A stretch of 21,044 nucleotides of DNA from Thermoanaerobaculia bacterium (lineage in GTDB: Bacteria; Acidobacteriota; Thermoanaerobaculia; UBA5066): assembly GCA_038245905.1 (NCBI GenBank), contig JBBRRY010000044.1, positions 1 to 21,044 of the forward strand, in the 5' to 3' direction. This document shows, in pieces, positions 15,902 to 21,044 of the stretch (positions are counted from its first letter, which is position 1; each line of letters starts with the position of its first letter). The position numbers and the translations under genes were made by a program. The notes beneath the pieces are model-generated. The model worked only from the letters and a program-made list of their open reading frames with translations, searched no databases and had not been told where the DNA came from.

Positions 15902-18900
15902 TCACCCGCCGGCCTTCGGAAAAACCAGCGCGAGGGCGTCGTCTTCCAGGAGCTCGGGCGCGGGCATTCCGAGCGCGTAGCCCTGGCCGCACTCGACGCC
16001 GAGATCGACGAGCGTCGCGACGGACTCGAGGTTTTCCACGCACTCGGCGATCGTCTCCTTCCCGAGAGTGTGGGCCACCGTGTCGATCGCCCGCACGAGG
16101 GCGCGCGCCGCCGGGTCGGTCTCCAGGCCGCGGATGAAGGATCCGTCGATCTTCACGTAGTCGGCCGGCAGGCTCTGAAGATAGGAGAAGGACGAGAATC
16201 CGATGCCGAAGTCGTCGAGAGCGAAGCGGCATCCGCGCTCCTTTAGCCGGCGCATCCACTCGCGGGCCGCCACGATGTCCCGTACCGCAGTCGTCTCGGT
16301 GATCTCGAAGGCCAGGCGGCCGGCCGGCAGCCCGCTCGCGATCACGAGCTCCTCGATGTGCTGGAGGAGCGCCTCGTCACCGAGGCTCGCGCCCGCGAGA
16401 TTGACGAAAATCTCCACCCCTGGGCGCTTCACGAGCAGGTCGACGACCCGGTCCACGACCCAGCCGTCGACGTAGGGCATCAGCCCGAACCTCTCCGCGG
16501 CCGGAAGGAAGACGCCGGGCGCGATGAGACCCTCGGGCCCCTCGCGAAGCCGGATGAGGGCCTCGTAATGGACCGCACGCCCCGAGCTCAGCCTGAAGAT
16601 CGGCTGGTAGTGAAGGACGAAGCGGTCCTCCCGAAGAGCTTCCTTGATCCGCGACGCCCAGCGGCTCGCTTCGGATAGCAGAGACGTGACGCCGCCCGAA
16701 GGGTTCTCGACGACCATCACGCGGTTGCGGCCCTTCTCCTTTGCGGTGTAGAGCGCCGTGTCGGCCACGGCCATCAGGGACGGGGCGTCCGCCCTGCCGT
16801 CCACCGGAACGACTCCGACGCTGACCCCGAGGTCGAAGGCGCGGTCGCCCACGTAGAATCGGTGCTCGTCCACGGACCGGCGAAGCCGCTCGGCCATGAG
16901 CCGCGCTCCGTCGAGCGCGACTCCGTCGAGCAGCACGGCGAATTCGTCGCCACCGAAACGGGCGACTTCGTCGCTCGGGCGCACGAGCGCGACGATGAGG
17001 CGGGCCAGCTCGATCAGGACCTGGTCGCCGGCCGGGTGCCCGAGCGCGTCGTTGACGATCTTGAAGTTGTCGAGGTCGAGGAAGAGAAGGGACGACGGCG
17101 ATCCGCGGCGCGCGCGCGCCACCGTGCGCACGAGCGATTCCTCGAAGGCGCGGCGGTTCGAGAGGTCCGTCAGCGGGTCGTGAAGGGCGAGGTGGCGGAT
17201 CCGCTCCTCGTTCTCCTTTCGTATGGTGACGTCCTGCTTGATCGAGATGAAGTGACGAATTTCGCCGTCGGGAGACTTCACCGGCGTGACCGTCTGCTCT
17301 TCGACGTAGATCACGCCGTCCTTGCGGCGGTTGTGCAGCTCCCCCCGCCACACGTTCCCCGCGATGATCGTCTCCCAGAGCTTCTCGTAATAGTAGGGCG
17401 CCTGGACGTCCGACTTCAGGAGCCGCGGCGTCTGCCCCACGACTTCCTCCGGCTGGTAGCCGGTGAGCTCCGTGAAGGCGGGATTGACCCACTCGATCAG
17501 GCCCTCGCGGTCGGTGATGACGACCGCGTTCGCCGCCGCCTCGAGCGCGGCAGTCTGTATCTGGATCCGATCCTGCTGCTTAGACTCGACGACGGCCAGG
17601 GCCGCCTGGTCGGCGAAGCGATTGAGAAGGCGAATGGCCTCCTCTCCGTAAGCGTGCGGACGATCCGAGTAGCTCGAGAGGACACCGAGCACGGAATCGG
17701 CGACGACGAGGGGGATTGAAAGAGCCGAGCCCAGCCGGTACTCCTCGACGCCTTCCTTCCAGGCCGCGATCCTCTCGTCCTCTTTCGTGTCGACGACGGC
17801 GGGCCGGCCGGTCCGGATGGCTTCCCCGCTCGGGCCGCACCCCTCCGCCCCGTCATCCCATCGGAAATGGTTCTTCCTCACGAAGCTCGCGACCGGCCCG
17901 GCCACGGCCTTCTGGCTGATGGAGCCGTCGGGCTCCTTGAGTCCGATCCACACCGTCGGGAACTCGAATCGGCCCGCAACCTCGTCGCAGATGAACTGGA
18001 GGATCCGATCGATCGGCTCGTGGCGGAGAATCTTTCGTTCCGTCTCGTGGAGGACGCCGAGAATCGCCTCGGCCCGCTTGCGAGCCGTCACATCGCGCGA
18101 CCCGAGGACGAGGCCCTGCGGCGCGCCGTCCGAACCGCGCAGGACGTTGGATACGGTCTCGACCCAGAGGTACCGTCCGTCGCGGGCCCGGTACCGGTAT
18201 TCCGCCACTCCGGCCTTGCCGGTCACCACCCCGCGCCCCAATTTCTCAGCGAGCATCTCGCGGTCGTCGGGGTGAACGAGGTCGATCGCATTCGCTCCGA
18301 GGAGCTCGGCCGAGGTCCAGCCCGTGACGAGCGCGTGGGACGGGCTGACGAACTGGAATCGTCCGCGGAGGTCCAGCTGGCTGATCACGTCGACCATGTT
18401 GTCGGTCAGCCGCTTCAGGTCCGCCTGGGCTAGATCGAGGGCCTCGACCGCCCGGGACGCGTCGGTGACGTCCCGGATGACGGTCATGACGGCGTTCGGC
18501 ACGTAGGGGACAACCCGCGCCTCGAAGACCCGCGGCCCGCCCTGCACCTCGAGCGCGTACTCGAGAGCCTGCGTCGTTCCGGTGTGGAGGCACGCAGCGA
18601 TCTTCTCGAGCCAGAGAGCCGCGACCGGCTCCGGCAGAAACTCCGGAATCGTGTGCCCGAGAAGCGCATCCCGCGGCTGGACGAGGATCTCGGCGCGGTT
18701 CGCATGGATTTCGAGATAACGCCCCTTGCGGTCGAGAACGAGGATGAGATCCGGAAGGGCCGCCACGATCGCCCTGAGCTTCAGCTCGCTCTCGCGGAGG
18801 GCCTCCTCGGAGCGCTTTCGCTCGATGGCCTGGGCGATCAGTGACGAGACGAAGACGAGAAGGTCGCGGTCTTCCCCGGTGTAGCGGACCGTTCCCGAAT

Positions 18901-19342
18901 AGCTCTGGACCGCGAGGACGCCGATCGTCCGTTCGCGGCCGCGGAGAGGAACACCGAGCCAGTCGACCGAGTCGCTGCCGATCCGTTCGACCTCGCCCGA
19001 GGCGAAGAGTTGCTCGAACACCTCGGGAGACGCGAGAAGCGGCCGGCCCGTCCGAAGTACGTACTCGGTCAGGCCCTTGCCGAGGGGCTTCGGCGGAAAC
19101 GGCTCGTCCCGCTCGTCGACGAAGTACGGAAAGCTGAGGACATTCCGGGCCGGGCCGTTCAAGGCGATGTAGAAATTCGCGGCCTCCATCAGGCCGCCCA
19201 CGATCGCGTGGATCCTCTTGAACAGCTCCTGAAGACTCTCCGTCGCCGCCGCGGCCTCCGCGATGCGAAACGTCGCAGCCTGGAACCGTTCTGCCCTGTC
19301 CCGGCCGCGTTTCCACGCGTCGGGGGTGAAGTCCGCTTCCAT
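15902..19342 (-). CDS. Diguanylate cyclase/phosphodiesterase, GAF-PAS-PAS-GAF-PAS-GGDEF-EAL
   Basis: RPSD I-site plus RFGGDEF; YEALIR; DDFGIGFSS; IAECVE. Confidence 0.95.
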   Translation of the reverse strand: MEADFTPDAWKRGRDRAERFQAATFRIAEAAAATESLQELFKRIHAIVGGLMEAANFYIALNGPARNVLSFPYFVDERDEPFPPKPLGKGLTEYVLRTGRPLLASPEVFEQLFASGEVERIGSDSVDWLGVPLRGRERTIGVLAVQSYSGTVRYTGEDRDLLVFVSSLIAQAIERKRSEEALRESELKLRAIVAALPDLILVLDRKGRYLEIHANRAEILVQPRDALLGHTIPEFLPEPVAALWLEKIAACLHTGTTQALEYALEVQGGPRVFEARVVPYVPNAVMTVIRDVTDASRAVEALDLAQADLKRLTDNMVDVISQLDLRGRFQFVSPSHALVTGWTSAELLGANAIDLVHPDDREMLAEKLGRGVVTGKAGVAEYRYRARDGRYLWVETVSNVLRGSDGAPQGLVLGSRDVTARKRAEAILGVLHETERKILRHEPIDRILQFICDEVAGRFEFPTVWIGLKEPDGSISQKAVAGPVASFVRKNHFRWDDGAEGCGPSGEAIRTGRPAVVDTKEDERIAAWKEGVEEYRLGSALSIPLVVADSVLGVLSSYSDRPHAYGEEAIRLLNRFADQAALAVVESKQQDRIQIQTAALEAAANAVVITDREGLIEWVNPAFTELTGYQPEEVVGQTPRLLKSDVQAPYYYEKLWETIIAGNVWRGELHNRRKDGVIYVEEQTVTPVKSPDGEIRHFISIKQDVTIRKENEERIRHLALHDPLTDLSNRRAFEESLVRTVARARRGSPSSLLFLDLDNFKIVNDALGHPAGDQVLIELARLIVALVRPSDEVARFGGDEFAVLLDGVALDGARLMAERLRRSVDEHRFYVGDRAFDLGVSVGVVPVDGRADAPSLMAVADTALYTAKEKGRNRVMVVENPSGGVTSLLSEASRWASRIKEALREDRFVLHYQPIFRLSSGRAVHYEALIRLREGPEGLIAPGVFLPAAERFGLMPYVDGWVVDRVVDLLVKRPGVEIFVNLAGASLGDEALLQHIEELVIASGLPAGRLAFEITETTAVRDIVAAREWMRRLKERGCRFALDDFGIGFSSFSYLQSLPADYVKIDGSFIRGLETDPAARALVRAIDTVAHTLGKETIAECVENLESVATLVDLGVECGQGYALGMPAPELLEDDALALVFPKAGG

Positions 19343-19396
19343 GATCAGACCCGGGATGATATCCGTGCTCGAGGACCCGCCTGCCGCCCGCCGGTC

Positions 19397-20569
19397 TCAG
19401 AGGACCATCGTTTCGTGAATGGCTTCGCCGCGGGCGAACCGCTCGAGAGAGAGCGCCGAGACGTCGACGCTCTCGCTGCGGCCCCGCACGAGCATCTCGG
19501 CTGCGGCGCGGCCCGCCGCCGGCGCGTGCATGATTCCGTGGCCCGAGAATCCCGCAACGACGAGAAAGCCGGGCACGCCGACGACCGGACCCAGAACAGC
19601 ATGGTGATCCGGCGTGACCTCGTAGAGCCCGGTCCAGCTCCTCTTGATGTCGAGGCCGGCCTCCCCGACTGCGGGAAAGCGCGCGTCCACCTGCCCGGCG
19701 ATCCGGAGCGGGAAGTCGGGATCGAAGGCGGAGTTGAAGCCCGGGGGCTCGTCCGGATTCGAGTAGGCGATCAGGACGCGGGTCCCCTCGCGGCGTATCA
19801 GGACGCCGGTGTCGGCGTCGATCGTCATCGGAATCTCCGCGGGAAGCGTCTTCTCGGGACCGCTGACGAGAAGGTGGCGCCGCACGGGCACGACGGGAAC
19901 CTCCGCGCCCACGAGCGCGGCTACGCCGCCCGCGAAGGGTCCGGCGGCGTCGACCACGGCGGACGCCCGAAACTCGCCGGCGCGCGTCGCCAGGCGGAAC
20001 GTCCCGGAACCGTCGCGGTCGATCGCCGTCACTTCGGCTCCATAGCGGGTCCGGACCCCGGACCGCGTGGCTTCCCGCAGAAGAAAATTCGTCAGTCCGC
20101 CCGGATCGATGAACCCGTCGCGCGGCCCGAACGTCCCGCCCACGATCTCTCCGGCCGCGTAGGGCGCCTTCCTGCGCACACCTTCAGCCTCGAGCACCTC
20201 CACGGAGACGCCGCGCGCGCGCTGGAACGCCGCGGCCGTCTTCATCGCGGAGAACCGCGCCGGGTCGCCCGTCAGAAAAAGGTAGCCCGCCTTTCGATAG
20301 ACCGGCGGCTCCCCGATCTCGTCCGCGAGGCCGTCGAGGATGTCCATCGACGCGAGAGACATCGCGATGTTGATGTCCGTCGTGAACTGGGCCCGGATGC
20401 CGCCGTTCGCCTTCGACGTCGAGCCGCTTCCCGGCAGCGGCTCCTTGTCGATCAAGAGGACGTTCGTGTGCCCGAGGCGCGCGAGGTGAAACGCGATGCT
20501 GCATCCGATGACGCCGGCGCCGATGATGGCGACGTCGGCGACGTCCGCGCCGCTTGCGCCGTCCGCCAT
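19397..20569 (-). CDS. FAD-dependent oxidoreductase (DAO / sarcosine oxidase beta-like)
   Basis: VAIIGAGVIG Rossmann motif, GSTSKANGGIR, WTGLYEVTPD, GFSGHG. Start placed at ATG 20569, not 20977. Confidence 0.92.
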   Translation of the reverse strand: MADGASGADVADVAIIGAGVIGCSIAFHLARLGHTNVLLIDKEPLPGSGSTSKANGGIRAQFTTDINIAMSLASMDILDGLADEIGEPPVYRKAGYLFLTGDPARFSAMKTAAAFQRARGVSVEVLEAEGVRRKAPYAAGEIVGGTFGPRDGFIDPGGLTNFLLREATRSGVRTRYGAEVTAIDRDGSGTFRLATRAGEFRASAVVDAAGPFAGGVAALVGAEVPVVPVRRHLLVSGPEKTLPAEIPMTIDADTGVLIRREGTRVLIAYSNPDEPPGFNSAFDPDFPLRIAGQVDARFPAVGEAGLDIKRSWTGLYEVTPDHHAVLGPVVGVPGFLVVAGFSGHGIMHAPAAGRAAAEMLVRGRSESVDVSALSLERFARGEAIHETMVL

Positions 20570-20656
20570 CGCTTGCCCCCCACAGTCCCCGGCGAGATGC
20601 CCTGTCTTCGTTGAGCCGTATCGGTCCAGTCCGTCGCGAGGGCGAGGAGCCCGGTG

Positions 20657-20693
20657 AATGTCCTTGACAACCGCGCCACGCCGGCGCGACATT
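20657..20693 (+). promoter_or_regulatory. Putative sigma70 promoter bracketed by an inverted repeat
   Basis: TTGACA (20664-20669)-N18-GACATT; AATGTC (20657-20662) and GACATT (20688-20693) are inverted copies. Confidence 0.45.
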
Positions 20694-20725
20694 ATCTCAA
20701 TAGCATCCACAGGAGGCCAATGGAC

Positions 20726-20911
20726 ATGCCCGAAAATGAGAAGAAGGACGGTCAGATCCCCGAAGCCGTGCCCGCGAAGGCCGACGCCCAGGAGCTGGAC
20801 GACAAGAGCCTCGAGAACGTCGCGGGCGGGATGGCCGCCGCTGTTCCACACGTCAGTCACGCCAGCTCGCTCCGAGGCCCTGACGACCCGTGTTGCTTCA
20901 GCCAGCCCTAG
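20726..20911 (+). CDS. Putative RiPP/bacteriocin precursor with double-glycine leader (61 aa)
   Basis: AGGAGG 9 nt before ATG; MPENEKKDGQIPEAVPAKADAQELDDKSLENVAGG|MAAAVPHVSHASSLRGPDDPCCFSQP. Confidence 0.75.
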   Translation: MPENEKKDGQIPEAVPAKADAQELDDKSLENVAGGMAAAVPHVSHASSLRGPDDPCCFSQP

Positions 20912-21044
20912 CAGGCTGCTGAAAAAGTCGGATGAGTTAGCTTTCGAAGTCTTGAAGAGAGCGAAGTGCGGAAGCACCTTGTTGGGATGCGTGGAGACAG
21001 AGAGCAGCAGCCCGACCTCGTTGTGACGATGACGCCCGAGGAGC
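20912..21044. mobile_element. Probable terminal inverted repeat of an IS or MITE inserted at CTAG
   Basis: CTAG-CAGGCTGCTGAAAAA resembles IS5/IS1182-type ends; GC drops afterwards; no transposase or other end in the window. Confidence 0.45.

Noticed and set aside
2380-20614. Many long overlapping or antisense ORFs (e.g. 2380-3549, 11138-12988, 12737-14401, 19010-20614)
   Set aside because: Shadow frames expected in high-GC DNA; each overlaps a motif-supported gene.
20570-20977. N-terminal extension of the FAD oxidoreductase
   Set aside because: Antisense to the precursor peptide and the IS-like end; the Rossmann motif begins just after ATG 20569.

Overview
GC-rich bacterial window with two parts. 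The left ~9.3 kb looks like an accessory insertion hotspot at the 3' end of a tmRNA (ssrA) gene. It holds a partial NHL-repeat surface protein, an orphan ssrA 3' fragment with arm-like repeats, and a ~1-kb higBA unit bounded by TCCACCA direct repeats that carries a start-less HTH reading frame. Further along are a decayed integron-like attC cluster, two-component signalling genes, an AI-2E pseudogene, and a second, diverged copy of the higA 3' end. The right part looks more core-like. It encodes two c-type cytochromes, a metallophosphoesterase plus Ser/Thr kinase-USP pair, tryptophanase, a coiled-coil lipoprotein, a GAF/PAS-GGDEF-EAL protein and an FAD oxidoreductase. At the far end is a small double-glycine-leader RiPP-like precursor that abuts a probable IS end. 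All family calls come from motif recognition by eye; no database searches were run.
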